From the IMG/VR virus record IMGVR_UViG_3300047160_036126, positions 13,575 through 77,574 of that record: a stretch of DNA of 64,000 nt; one strand, written 5' to 3'. The translations under genes were made by a program, and so were the position numbers. Of this stretch, positions 17,127-26,063 are shown piece by piece. Within the stretch, counting starts at the first letter, position 1. Every line of letters begins with the position of its first letter. Below the pieces are notes generated by a model. That model had not been told where the DNA came from. It searched no databases and saw nothing but the letters and a program-made list of their open reading frames with translations. This DNA is from a virus (lineage: Duplodnaviria > Caudoviricetes).

Positions 17127-18421
17127 AGGAAACGGATTCTTTGCCGGTTAATCACGATGTAGAGGTCGGCCTAATAGCCTGCGCAATGCTGGGGCCGAAG
17201 CTTTGGCACGAAATGGCATTCGTGGCACCAGATGATTTCGTCGATCCGTTCAATGGAAAACTTTGGGCGTTGATACGGGCGGCATATGAGCGGGGGGAAA
17301 GCCCCCAGGTGCAGGCGATAGGGGATGCGGCCGGCGGCACGACGGATGAACGTAAGCAGATTACGGATTGGCTTGTGAGTTGGATGTCTAGGACGATCAC
17401 GGTTTTGTCGGGTGTCGATTATGCGAAGATGGTTCATGATTATGCGGAGCGCCGAAAAATTATCGACTTGGCGAACAGGATTCAATTTGAGGCGGCCGAT
17501 GTGTCGGGCGCGCGGATTGCGGCGGATATCGCCGCCAAGGCCGTCAGCGAATTGACGAACATCGTTTGCCGTAAGCGCGAGACGTTGAGTGCATTTGAGG
17601 TGGGTATGCAGGTGGTAAATAATCTCGCAAAACCGATGGACTTTTGTTCTACGAAATTCCCGCGGCTTGACGGTGCGCTTGGCGGCGGATTATTTCAAAA
17701 CAAATTTTACGGCATCGGCGCCCGGATGAAATCCGGCAAAAGTCTCCTCATGTCGACGCTTGCTTACAACATGACGGTTATGGGGACCAGCCGGGTTTTA
17801 TATCTGTGCCTGGAAATGGGATATGAGGAAACGTTTCAGCGCCTTCTGGCGCGAAAGATGGGTTTTAATGCATCGGAATTTCTCGATCCGATTAAGCGGC
17901 TCGACAAGGGGTTCCGAGAGAACGCTCGCACAGCGGCCGCGACATTCAAGGATTGCGGGTTATTTTTCAAAGCGAGGCCACGGATCGATATTGACGATTT
18001 GAAATCGATCATCGCGCAGGAAGGTCTGCGGGGTCATGTGGACGGGATAATCATCGATTATTTGCAACTCGTTACTGGAAAAACAAAGTCGCAAACACTG
18101 GCTGACCATTACGATCATGTGGCGCAGACAATGGCCGAAGCCGTGAAGCGGTATCCGATTTGGATTCTGACTGCGGCGCAGCTTAATCAAGAGGGCAATA
18201 TCCGCGGTGGTGAAGGCTTATTGAACGCGTGCGATATGACTTTCGCCCTGCACAAAAAGGAATTTGCACCGGATTGGCAGGGGACGAGGGTTTGTGATGA
18301 AGCGTGGCTCGAAATGATGGCGAGCCGGTACACACAATACCGAAATATCGGTTCCGAGCAAAGTGCCGGTTACAGGATTGAAACACAGATTGGGCCGATG
18401 TTCTGCGAGCAACAGCTATGA
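17123..18421 (+). CDS. dnaB: DnaB-like replicative helicase
   Basis: Walker A GARMKSGKS, CLEMG, IIDYLQLV, AQLN. Confidence 0.88.
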   Translation: MKETDSLPVNHDVEVGLIACAMLGPKLWHEMAFVAPDDFVDPFNGKLWALIRAAYERGESPQVQAIGDAAGGTTDERKQITDWLVSWMSRTITVLSGVDYAKMVHDYAERRKIIDLANRIQFEAADVSGARIAADIAAKAVSELTNIVCRKRETLSAFEVGMQVVNNLAKPMDFCSTKFPRLDGALGGGLFQNKFYGIGARMKSGKSLLMSTLAYNMTVMGTSRVLYLCLEMGYEETFQRLLARKMGFNASEFLDPIKRLDKGFRENARTAAATFKDCGLFFKARPRIDIDDLKSIIAQEGLRGHVDGIIIDYLQLVTGKTKSQTLADHYDHVAQTMAEAVKRYPIWILTAAQLNQEGNIRGGEGLLNACDMTFALHKKEFAPDWQGTRVCDEAWLEMMASRYTQYRNIGSEQSAGYRIETQIGPMFCEQQL

Positions 18422-18553
18422 AAATCCCGATCCGTGGGTGGCGGCGGAAGCGCGGGACAGGTTCGAGATGTTGCTGGTGGTCTGAGGGAATTTCGGTTGA
18501 ATATGCGTGATCGGTTCGCATGCGGAACGATTGGAGATCACCCTATAAAGCCT

Positions 18554-18582
18554 TTGACATTAAAGATTTTTCGACTTAATCA
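18554..18582 (+). promoter_or_regulatory. Sigma70-like promoter for the operon containing sciP and gcrA
   Basis: TTGACA-N17-TAATCA; followed by a 9-bp GC hairpin at 18609-18639. Confidence 0.5.
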
Positions 18583-18644
18583 ATAATTGTTCGAGTCGCA
18601 TTGAACAGCGGCCCGGTTCGCGATAGCAGCCGGGCCGCATTCCA

Positions 18645-19088
18645 TTGAGGCCGCTCGTGCCGAAAAAGAAAAAACCTCAGCCGCAAAAATCAGAAACGGG
18701 ATTGGAAGTCAGCATTTGCTTGGCACTGGCGGTAATTTTTATTGCCGCGTTGCTTGTGCGGGGATGGATGGAAATCAACACGGTTGCTCAGCTTCGCGAT
18801 GACAACAAGGTTCTGACCGCTGCGAACCATCAATTGTGGGACGAAGTGGATAAGCTGAAAGCGGAGAAGGTTGAAACGTTGCCGGCCGCGGGTCCACAGC
18901 ATATTTTTCTGCATGATGACCCGCCGAAAGAGCGTTCGGCTGATAGCCTAAATCTGGCTGAAGCCGTGCGCCACGGCGACCACAGGCGCGACAACATCGA
19001 AACGGATAAAGCCGCGGTTCACGCGGAGGAGGCACGCACGCCGGACGACGCCGGAGAGGAAGGCCAATGCCCGGTGTGCTCGAAATAA
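18645..19088 (+). CDS. Membrane-anchored coiled-coil hypothetical protein
   Basis: Single transmembrane segment then coiled coil; start uncertain. Confidence 0.5.
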   Translation: MRPLVPKKKKPQPQKSETGLEVSICLALAVIFIAALLVRGWMEINTVAQLRDDNKVLTAANHQLWDEVDKLKAEKVETLPAAGPQHIFLHDDPPKERSADSLNLAEAVRHGDHRRDNIETDKAAVHAEEARTPDDAGEEGQCPVCSK

Positions 19089-19267
19089 CCCGTTTCACTC
19101 CGCGCCGGAAGGCCGAGCTGGTTCATGCAATCGCGACCGGCGCGGTTAGCGATTACGAGGTGATGCAGCGGTATTCGATGTCTCCGCAGGAACTGCTCGA
19201 TCTCAAGCGTCTCGCACCGCAAGGGCGAAAGGCGCTGCGCGTGACGAAGCGAACGGTTTCCGCATGA
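19067..19267 (+). CDS. sciP: SciP-like (DUF1153) CtrA-inhibitor homolog
   Basis: RFTPRRKAELVHAIATGAVS..EV.QRYSMSPQEL...G..ALRVT matches the SciP pattern RW..RRKA.VV.AV..G..S..EA..RY.LS.EE....G..GLR.T. Confidence 0.8.
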   Translation: MPGVLEITRFTPRRKAELVHAIATGAVSDYEVMQRYSMSPQELLDLKRLAPQGRKALRVTKRTVSA

Positions 19268-19713
19268 TGAATTTAACCCCAGAGCAACTGCAAGAAATGT
19301 ACGTCGGCCAAAACAAGTCGATGAACGAGATCGCGCGGATAAGCGGCATGCCCAAGGGCACAATCGTGAGTCGGTTGCGCAGGTTGCGGCTGAGGGGGTT
19401 GATCGGGTTCAAAGCTCGCGGGCCGGCGAAAGTATTACACAGGCCGCGAAAACCTGTTGCCGATAAGCCGAAACCAGTGCCCGTAGTGGTACAGCCCAAA
19501 ATTGAGATGCCCATTCCAGTGGCGCCGGTGAGCCTCCTGAAGGTCAACGACAGGCTTTGCCGGTATCCGCTGGATTATAAGATCGACGGGTTTTCGGCAT
19601 GCTGTGGCGGGGAGGTGGTGGCGGGGACGCCCTATTGCGCGGATCATGCTGGTATTTGCTTTATTGTGAAGCCGCGGGTGCCGCCGCGAGGTCATCGGGC
19701 GATCGGGGAGTGA
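19264..19713 (+). CDS. gcrA: GcrA-like cell-cycle regulator
   Basis: N-terminal HTH (SMNEIAR...TIVSRLRRL); C-terminal SLL..NDRLCRYP...CG...GTPYCADH. Confidence 0.85.
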   Translation: MMNLTPEQLQEMYVGQNKSMNEIARISGMPKGTIVSRLRRLRLRGLIGFKARGPAKVLHRPRKPVADKPKPVPVVVQPKIEMPIPVAPVSLLKVNDRLCRYPLDYKIDGFSACCGGEVVAGTPYCADHAGICFIVKPRVPPRGHRAIGE

Positions 19714-19940
19714 GTTATACGCCGTCTTTCGAAATCTGGTATGATCGCAGTCTGTGTATTTCTTACCGATTTCGGATTTTCCGCGATGGCTTCTGTAGCA
19801 TAAGATTTGTAACGGCCAAGGAAGCGCGGTTTTTTCTCAGGTATTGGTACGGGGTCACGGGTGCTCCAGAATTCGGCTTTCCGTCTTAAAATATTGTTGC
19901 GCGCGCTGGACATTTGCAGCAATACTCGCAGTAATTAGGC

Positions 19941-20585
19941 ATGCGCGCGGCTACACCTTTGGTAAAACAAACGGAATTACCGGCTTTTCTGGTCGAGCGG
20001 CGTGCGGTCGCGCGCAAAAAGGAGCGCAAGATTTCGGCGCCGCGTCCTATCGGCGACGTCGGCACCGCGGAAATGAAACGACAGCAAAAGGTGACGCTGG
20101 AAGTGCGTGAACGGTCATCGACCGGGCATGCGACGATGATGGGCGCGCGTGTGGAATCGCAGTTTCCGATTGATCGGTATAAGGCGCGCAAAGAGCTCGA
20201 TCCGGCGAATGCCTGGAGGAATTTGATGCTGTGGCAGGCGGCTGAGCGGCTGCGCGAGGATTTCCAGGCTTCAGGCCTAGCGCCGAAATTGTGCGGAAGT
20301 TTCGAGCCGCGGGTGACGGGCGGACGTCAGACGTTCGAGGCGGATCATCAGGTCGACGCTCTCAGGCGCTACAAGAAAGCGATGGATGCTGTGGCGGTGA
20401 CGCTGCGGTCTGTGGTGTTCTATGTGTGCATCGCTGGTGAGGCTGCGAACGAGTGGGCGCGGCGGAACGGAGAAATACCGCAAGCGGGCCTGCCGATATT
20501 GCGCTTGGGCCTCGCGGAGCTTGCGCACCACTACGGTTATGCGAAAATTCCAGTGACAGACAAGACGTCGCTCGCTGGAGAATAA
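19941..20585 (+). CDS. Putative late-gene regulator (DUF6456-like, Q-position gene)
   Basis: QAAERLREDF..., VVFYVCI.G..., LRLGLAELAHHYG; last early gene before the packaging genes. Confidence 0.55.
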   Translation: MRAATPLVKQTELPAFLVERRAVARKKERKISAPRPIGDVGTAEMKRQQKVTLEVRERSSTGHATMMGARVESQFPIDRYKARKELDPANAWRNLMLWQAAERLREDFQASGLAPKLCGSFEPRVTGGRQTFEADHQVDALRRYKKAMDAVAVTLRSVVFYVCIAGEAANEWARRNGEIPQAGLPILRLGLAELAHHYGYAKIPVTDKTSLAGE

Positions 20586-20644
20586 TCGGTGTGAGTGTCT
20601 CACCAAGGCTCAGGAGATTGCCGTCGCCCTACGAGGTGGCATCG

Positions 20645-21193
20645 ATGCTGTTCTCGGGCGCTGCACTCGCAGTTAGCATTTTTAGCTGCAGCATCAGCAA
20701 GGATAGTTACTCTGTGAGCAGGGAGGCGGAAGATGCTCAGAAAGAGAACGTCCTCATTGTGTGCGTAAATGCTCTGCCTTATCCAAAATTTATAAGCACA
20801 ACAATTCGTAACACACTGGATTCCCTTAAGGCGGGGTGGACCGCTCGAATTACGAATAATAGCCGGAGTGCAGTTAATATCGGGTCGTTGTTTGTTGATA
20901 TCACTAAGACGAAGCCGGATTCTCCCGGATCTCGTACGAACGTATCGGTGAGTTATTCAGCGGATAAATATGGTGCTCAATATTCGCTCAACGACGCAGC
21001 GATTTACATAGAACCAGAAAAAAGTATTACGGTTGGCTTCGATGAGGCTATTAGCGTATCGCCTAGTGAGGTAGAAGGTTATGATTCGCCGATGGCCGGA
21101 GACCCTCTAGAGCCGTTAGCATTGGCAGTAATCACGCTTACGGCTGAGACTAGCCGGGGCAAACGTTTCTCGGCGCGTTGTGGAACTTACTGA
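20645..21193 (+). CDS. Membrane-anchored or lipoprotein hypothetical (moron-like)
   Basis: MLFSGAALAVSIFSC N-terminus; lower GC. Confidence 0.5.
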   Translation: MLFSGAALAVSIFSCSISKDSYSVSREAEDAQKENVLIVCVNALPYPKFISTTIRNTLDSLKAGWTARITNNSRSAVNIGSLFVDITKTKPDSPGSRTNVSVSYSADKYGAQYSLNDAAIYIEPEKSITVGFDEAISVSPSEVEGYDSPMAGDPLEPLALAVITLTAETSRGKRFSARCGTY

Positions 21194-21212
21194 GGCTTTT
21201 CGTGGATTCATA

Positions 21213-21304
21213 TTGACGCAGCATCATCCTGAATGATATAAATATCGCATGCTGAATTAGTGTCAGCGAAATTCGCCGCCACCTTTTGGGTTGCGGCGTT
21301 TTTT
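21213..21304 (+). promoter_or_regulatory. Candidate late promoter followed closely by an intrinsic terminator
   Basis: TTGACG(21213)-N18-TATAAA; hairpin CGCCGCCACC-TTTT-GGGTTGCGGCG plus T6 at 21274-21304. Confidence 0.5.
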
Positions 21305-21424
21305 GTGCGTTTTCATTGGGCCGTAGCCGGATAGTCGGTGAACCCCGGCATTCAGCGGTGTTCTTAACCTGGGATGCTGAGCTGATGGGCAGGCTGGGAA
21401 GACAGCCAGAACAGCCGAGGTAGA

Positions 21425-21598
21425 ATGTCGATCAATATCAAGAAATCGCATCGTGGGAGGCTGCATAAAGCATTGGGTGTTCCGTTGGGCAAGAAATTGA
21501 CAATGGCCGAAATTCAGAGAGCGGAGCATAGCAGAAGCGCGAGCGTTCGACGCGAGGCGAATTTTGCCGCTGCAGCAAGGCATTGGAAACACAAGTAA
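21425..21598 (+). CDS. Small basic phage protein, not in the ORF track
   Basis: MSINIKKSHRGRLHKALGVPLGKKL...ANFAAAARHWKHK; GAGG RBS. Confidence 0.65.
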   Translation: MSINIKKSHRGRLHKALGVPLGKKLTMAEIQRAEHSRSASVRREANFAAAARHWKHK

Positions 21599-21616
21599 CT
21601 TTGATTCAGTTCGATC

Positions 21617-21922
21617 ATGCCATTTGAAAAAGGAAAATCAGGTAATCCGGGTGGCCGCAATAAGGAACATGAGCGGCTGAAAAAGCTCGCGCTGAGCTAT
21701 TGTCCGGCTGCGATCAAGAGATTGGGCGAGTTGATCGCATCGAAGGATGCGCGCACAGCCGTTGCAGCGTCGAGCGCGATTTTGGATCGCGGTCTTGGCA
21801 AACCAGCGCAGGCGTTGGAGCACAGCGGTATGATCGCGACGACGCACGAAGAATATTTAAAACAGCTTGATGCAGGGAATGACGCCGACGGAGAAGGAGA
21901 TCCGGCTTCGGTTGCGGGATGA
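21617..21922 (+). CDS. terS: Terminase small subunit
   Basis: MPFEKGKSGNPGGR; AASSAILDRGLGKP. Confidence 0.8.
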   Translation: MPFEKGKSGNPGGRNKEHERLKKLALSYCPAAIKRLGELIASKDARTAVAASSAILDRGLGKPAQALEHSGMIATTHEEYLKQLDAGNDADGEGDPASVAG

Positions 21923-23309
21923 TTTCGAATATTACGCCCCGAGATGCCTGAAAATACGGACGAAGAGCGGTGCAATCGAACCGCTTAGGTTAAACGGCGC
22001 CCAGAATTTCTTTCACGATAAACTTGAAGACCAGAAGCACCGGACCGGGAAGGTTCGCGCCCTGGCGCTGAAAGGGCGACAACAGGGCGTATCGACTTAC
22101 ACCGAAGGGCGGTTTTTCCATCGGGTTACAAACCGGCGGGGGACACGGGCATTCATCCTCACGCACATGGATGACGCCACCAATAACATCTTCGGGATGG
22201 CGAAGCGGTTTTACGACTATTGCCCGGCGGTAGTAAGGCCGATGCTGGCGGCTTCAAACGCCAAGGAGCTGGTCTTTAATCGCCTGGACAGCGGCTACAA
22301 GGTCGGGACTGCGGGCAGCAAGGGAACAGGCCGCGGCGAGACGCTGCAACTGTTCCACGGGTCTGAGGTGGCCTACTGGCCCAATGCTGATACGCATGTC
22401 GCCGGTGCGCTGCAGGCGGTACCGGACGAGCCCGGCACTGAGATCATATTAGAAAGCACGTCGGCGGGGCGCCAAGGCCTGTTTTACGAGATGTGCGTGG
22501 CCGCAATGCGGGGAGAGGGTGAGTACATCCTCGTCTTCATGCCGTGGTTCTGGCAGCGAGAATATCGGAAACCGGTCGGAGTGAATTTCGAGCTCACGCG
22601 TGACGAAGCGGCGTATCAAGAGGCTTACAAGCTCGATCTCGATCAAATCGCCTGGCGCAGGGCGAAGATCACGGAATTGAATGGCGTCCACAATTTCAGG
22701 CGGGAATATCCCGCGACGCCGGAAGAGGCCTTTGAGGCGGAAGTGCCGGGGGCGCTGTGGAAACGGGAGCAAATCGACAAGTTGCGGGTAGCGAAAGCGC
22801 CCGACCTTAAGCGTGTCGTCGTAGCGCTGGATCCTTCAGGGGGGGATAAATCGCGCAATGATGAAGTGGGGTTGGTCGGCGCCGGAGCTGATGGACAGAA
22901 GCACGGGTATGTGCTGGCCGATGAATCAGGCCGCTACAGCCCGGATGCATGGGGCCGAAAGGCGGTTGCGCTTTATCACCTGCTGAAGGCCGATCGGATC
23001 GTCGCCGAAGCGAATTTCGGCGGCCAGATGGTCGAGCACGTCATTCGTACGATCGACCCGAACGTTCCGGTGAAGCTGGTGCACGCCTCGCGCGGCAAGC
23101 AGGCGCGCGCGGAGCCGGTAGCTGCGCTTTACGAGCAGGACCGCATGCACCATGCGGGCATGTTCATCGGGCTCGAAGACGAAATGGTCACCTGGGTCCC
23201 CCTGACGTCGACAGACAGTCCGAACCGGGTCGATGCGCTAGTCTGGGCTGCAACGGAGCTTTTAATAGACGGGCCGGGCACTGCGAACGTGGCGCCGCTG
23301 AGGCTGTAA
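21879..23309 (+). CDS. terL: Terminase large subunit
   Basis: LKGRQQGVST Walker A, FHGSE, ILEST, VALDPSG nuclease motif, NRVDALVW. Confidence 0.95.
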   Translation: MTPTEKEIRLRLRDDFEYYAPRCLKIRTKSGAIEPLRLNGAQNFFHDKLEDQKHRTGKVRALALKGRQQGVSTYTEGRFFHRVTNRRGTRAFILTHMDDATNNIFGMAKRFYDYCPAVVRPMLAASNAKELVFNRLDSGYKVGTAGSKGTGRGETLQLFHGSEVAYWPNADTHVAGALQAVPDEPGTEIILESTSAGRQGLFYEMCVAAMRGEGEYILVFMPWFWQREYRKPVGVNFELTRDEAAYQEAYKLDLDQIAWRRAKITELNGVHNFRREYPATPEEAFEAEVPGALWKREQIDKLRVAKAPDLKRVVVALDPSGGDKSRNDEVGLVGAGADGQKHGYVLADESGRYSPDAWGRKAVALYHLLKADRIVAEANFGGQMVEHVIRTIDPNVPVKLVHASRGKQARAEPVAALYEQDRMHHAGMFIGLEDEMVTWVPLTSTDSPNRVDALVWAATELLIDGPGTANVAPLRL

Positions 23310-23346
23310 CGACAATGCAAAATAACTGGACAGGGAGAAATGCAAC

Positions 23347-23898
23347 ATGACCGCTACGGAGAGTGAATTTTTTGGCAACGGCACCGCATCCTTTGGATTG
23401 GAGGGTAATCTCACAGCCCAAGCCAGTGCTGGCGTAAACCCGGCCGCGACTGGTGCGGATAAAGTTTTGGCGGTTTACTCGTTGCCGGCAAATTCGCTGG
23501 ACCAGGCAGGGCGGGCGGTCGCGATAAGCGCGTCGGGGTCGTACGGTTCAAACACCAACACGAAAGAAGTGAAAATTATTGTCGGTGCAGCGGCGGCCGT
23601 TGTTGGATCGACTATCGGTTCGGGCGGCACAACCATTGCCGACAGTGGCGCCGTTACGACCAATGGGACAGGCTGGCAGCTCAGCGCCAACATCTTGAAA
23701 TACGGCGCCGCTGGCTCCAACACGCAGATCGGTTCGCATACTGGCGCACAGAATGGCAGTGCTGGCGGCGCTTTGTTGGCGCCCTCGGCGTTGACGTTGG
23801 CCGAGAATCTCCCGATTCTTATTGCGGTCGTCGGTAATGCGACGACGGCAACAACGGATATCGCGCTCAATGCGTTCACGGTGAAGGCCGCGAATTAA
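23347..23898 (+). CDS. Gly/Ala/Thr-rich hypothetical protein, possibly a virion decoration protein
   Basis: GGGAG RBS; between terL and portal. Confidence 0.6.
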   Translation: MTATESEFFGNGTASFGLEGNLTAQASAGVNPAATGADKVLAVYSLPANSLDQAGRAVAISASGSYGSNTNTKEVKIIVGAAAAVVGSTIGSGGTTIADSGAVTTNGTGWQLSANILKYGAAGSNTQIGSHTGAQNGSAGGALLAPSALTLAENLPILIAVVGNATTATTDIALNAFTVKAAN

Positions 23899-23901
23899 CG
23901 A

Positions 23902-25296
23902 ATGGTTTCGGCTGTTCGCCAAACATCGGCGGCCGTTGATGAGATGGCCGAGAATTGGCCGCTGATCGATGCCTTGATGGGCGGCACGAAGGCAATGCGG
24001 GCCGCAGGTAAGGCGTACTTGCCCCAATGGCCGGCAGAAGATGCTGAGAGTTACCGGGCGCGGTTGGCGACGGCGACGCTGTTCCCGGCATATGAGCGGA
24101 CGGTCGCTGTCATGACCGGCAAGCCTTTCTCGAAGCAGGTGACGCTTGGCGAGGACGTGCCGCTGCGCCTGAAGGATTGGTCTGAGAATATCGATTTGCA
24201 GGGGCGCAGTTTGCATGCGTTCGCCGCCGATCTCTGCGTGGAGGCGCTGGCGCACGGTTTCGGCGGAATTCTGGTCGATACGCCGCCGAAGGCCAATGAA
24301 GTCAGGACGGTCGCAGACGAGCAGAAAGCAGGGATCCGGCCGTATTTCGTGCACGTCGCTCATGACGCGATTTTGGGGTGGCAGACGCAGCGGGTTGGCG
24401 GAAGCATCCAGCTCTCGCAATTGAGAATTCTCGAAAGCATCGAGGAGCCGGACGGGCCGTTCAAAACGAAGAAGGTCGAACAGGTACGGGTGCTGGAACC
24501 CGGCAGGTGGGCGATCTGGCGCAAGGCTAAAGGGGACGACGCGGATAGCTGGGCAGAGTTCGAAAGCGGGGTCTCGTCGATCGACGATGTGATTCCTTTC
24601 GTGCCGATCTACGGCAAACGGAAGGATTTCATGGCCGGCGTGCCGCCAATGCTTGAGCTCGCGCATGCGAACGTTGAGCACTGGCAGAGCAAGTCAGACC
24701 AGCAGACGATTTTACATATCGCGCGTGTGCCGGTGATGTTCGCAAAGGACATAGGCACAGCGCCGCTGGAAGTGGGCGCCGGCGCGCTGATTAAGGCATC
24801 GTCGAAAGACGCCGATCTGAAATACGTCGAGCATTCGGGCAAGGCGATTGAGGCCGGGCGAGTATCGCTACTCGATCTCGAGGACCGCATGCGTCAGACG
24901 GGCGCCGAGCTGCTCGTTATTAAGCCGGGCAATACGACCGAAGTGCAGACGATCGCCGACAACGAACAAAGCATGTGCGATCTGCAGCGCATCATGCAGA
25001 CATTGGAAAACGGGCTCGACCAGGCGCTGGGTTTCATGGCGCGGTATGCCGGGGAAAAAACCGGCGGCCATGTGACGGTTTACCGGGATTTCGGCGCGGC
25101 GACGCTGGCGGAGGCCTCGGCGCAGCTCTTATTCGAGATGCGCGGAGATGGGTCTCTTAGTCACGCTACTCTGCTTGCGGAAATGAAGCGCCGTGGTATT
25201 CTGAGTCCTGATATAGATGTTGATGCGGAAATAGTTGAAGCGAATAAAGAATTGGCTTCACGCGAACCACAAAGGAAAGAAAACATTAACATTTAA
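23902..25296 (+). CDS. Portal protein (DUF4055 family)
   Basis: LMGGTKAMRAAG..YLP, Y.ARL..ATLFP, HWQS.SDQ..ILH. Confidence 0.88.
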   Translation: MVSAVRQTSAAVDEMAENWPLIDALMGGTKAMRAAGKAYLPQWPAEDAESYRARLATATLFPAYERTVAVMTGKPFSKQVTLGEDVPLRLKDWSENIDLQGRSLHAFAADLCVEALAHGFGGILVDTPPKANEVRTVADEQKAGIRPYFVHVAHDAILGWQTQRVGGSIQLSQLRILESIEEPDGPFKTKKVEQVRVLEPGRWAIWRKAKGDDADSWAEFESGVSSIDDVIPFVPIYGKRKDFMAGVPPMLELAHANVEHWQSKSDQQTILHIARVPVMFAKDIGTAPLEVGAGALIKASSKDADLKYVEHSGKAIEAGRVSLLDLEDRMRQTGAELLVIKPGNTTEVQTIADNEQSMCDLQRIMQTLENGLDQALGFMARYAGEKTGGHVTVYRDFGAATLAEASAQLLFEMRGDGSLSHATLLAEMKRRGILSPDIDVDAEIVEANKELASREPQRKENINI

Positions 25297-25365
25297 ACAC
25301 AACGAAGCCCCAGACGCTTTGTCGAGCGCTGAGGCTTCTAACCAAAACGAACAGGGAGGTTCGAA

Positions 25366-25965
25366 ATGGCTGTTTTATTCAAATCATGTATTGTGGCTGA
25401 TTGCAATGGTAACGCTCATCCGGAAGCGAGAGGAACGCGCGGGTGGTGCAGGAAGCATTACACACGTTGGCAAAAGTTTGGGTCAACCGATTTGCCGGCG
25501 AATGCAAATGGTAAGTGTCAGAAATGGCTTTTAGAACACGCTGGATACGATAAAGCTGAGTGCTTGATTTGGCCATTTGCTCGCGGGCCCGAAGGATACG
25601 GCAGGGTTCAATTTCGCAAGAAAATAACAGCGGCGCATCGAGCTATCTGTATTTTGGCTCATGGAGAGCCTAGCTTGAGGTCGTTGCATGCAGCGCATTC
25701 ATGTGGAAATGGATATGACGGATGCGTTAATCCGTCCCATTTGCGGTGGGCAAGTAAAAAGGAAAATGAAGCCGATAAGCTTATTCACAATAAGCATAAT
25801 CGGGGACAGCGTCATGGGGCGGCTAAGCTAACTGAGAAGGATGTGAGGGAAATAAGGGCGTTACGTGGTGTCCTGACTCAGATAGAAATTGCGCATATTT
25901 ATGGGATTAGCCCTGCATATGTTTGCGGCTTGCAAGCATTTCGTACGTGGGCGTGGGTAAAATAG
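25366..25965 (+). CDS. HNH homing endonuclease
   Basis: CLIWPF, HSCGNG..GCVNPSHLRWAS..EN; preceded by a GAAGCC...GGCTTC hairpin. Confidence 0.88.
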   Translation: MAVLFKSCIVADCNGNAHPEARGTRGWCRKHYTRWQKFGSTDLPANANGKCQKWLLEHAGYDKAECLIWPFARGPEGYGRVQFRKKITAAHRAICILAHGEPSLRSLHAAHSCGNGYDGCVNPSHLRWASKKENEADKLIHNKHNRGQRHGAAKLTEKDVREIRALRGVLTQIEIAHIYGISPAYVCGLQAFRTWAWVK

Positions 25966-26063
25966 TTGGTTCTGCAAGTTTAAGCCGCAGCGCGGATGCG
26001 AAGCGGCGGCCAAGGGATCGGATGATCCCAGTGACAGCCGGATGGCTGAGGAAGTGAGTGCCG

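Noticed and set aside
21314-21400. tRNA-like start GGGCCGTAGC
   Set aside because: No T-loop GTTC motif, no cloverleaf and no acceptor-stem closure
23548-24681. Long minus-strand ORFs opposite structural genes (also 25980-26882, 31739-32647, 34713-35822) and plus-strand ORFs opposite the relaxase and ParB genes
   Set aside because: Antisense shadows of GC-rich coding genes; no motifs or RBS
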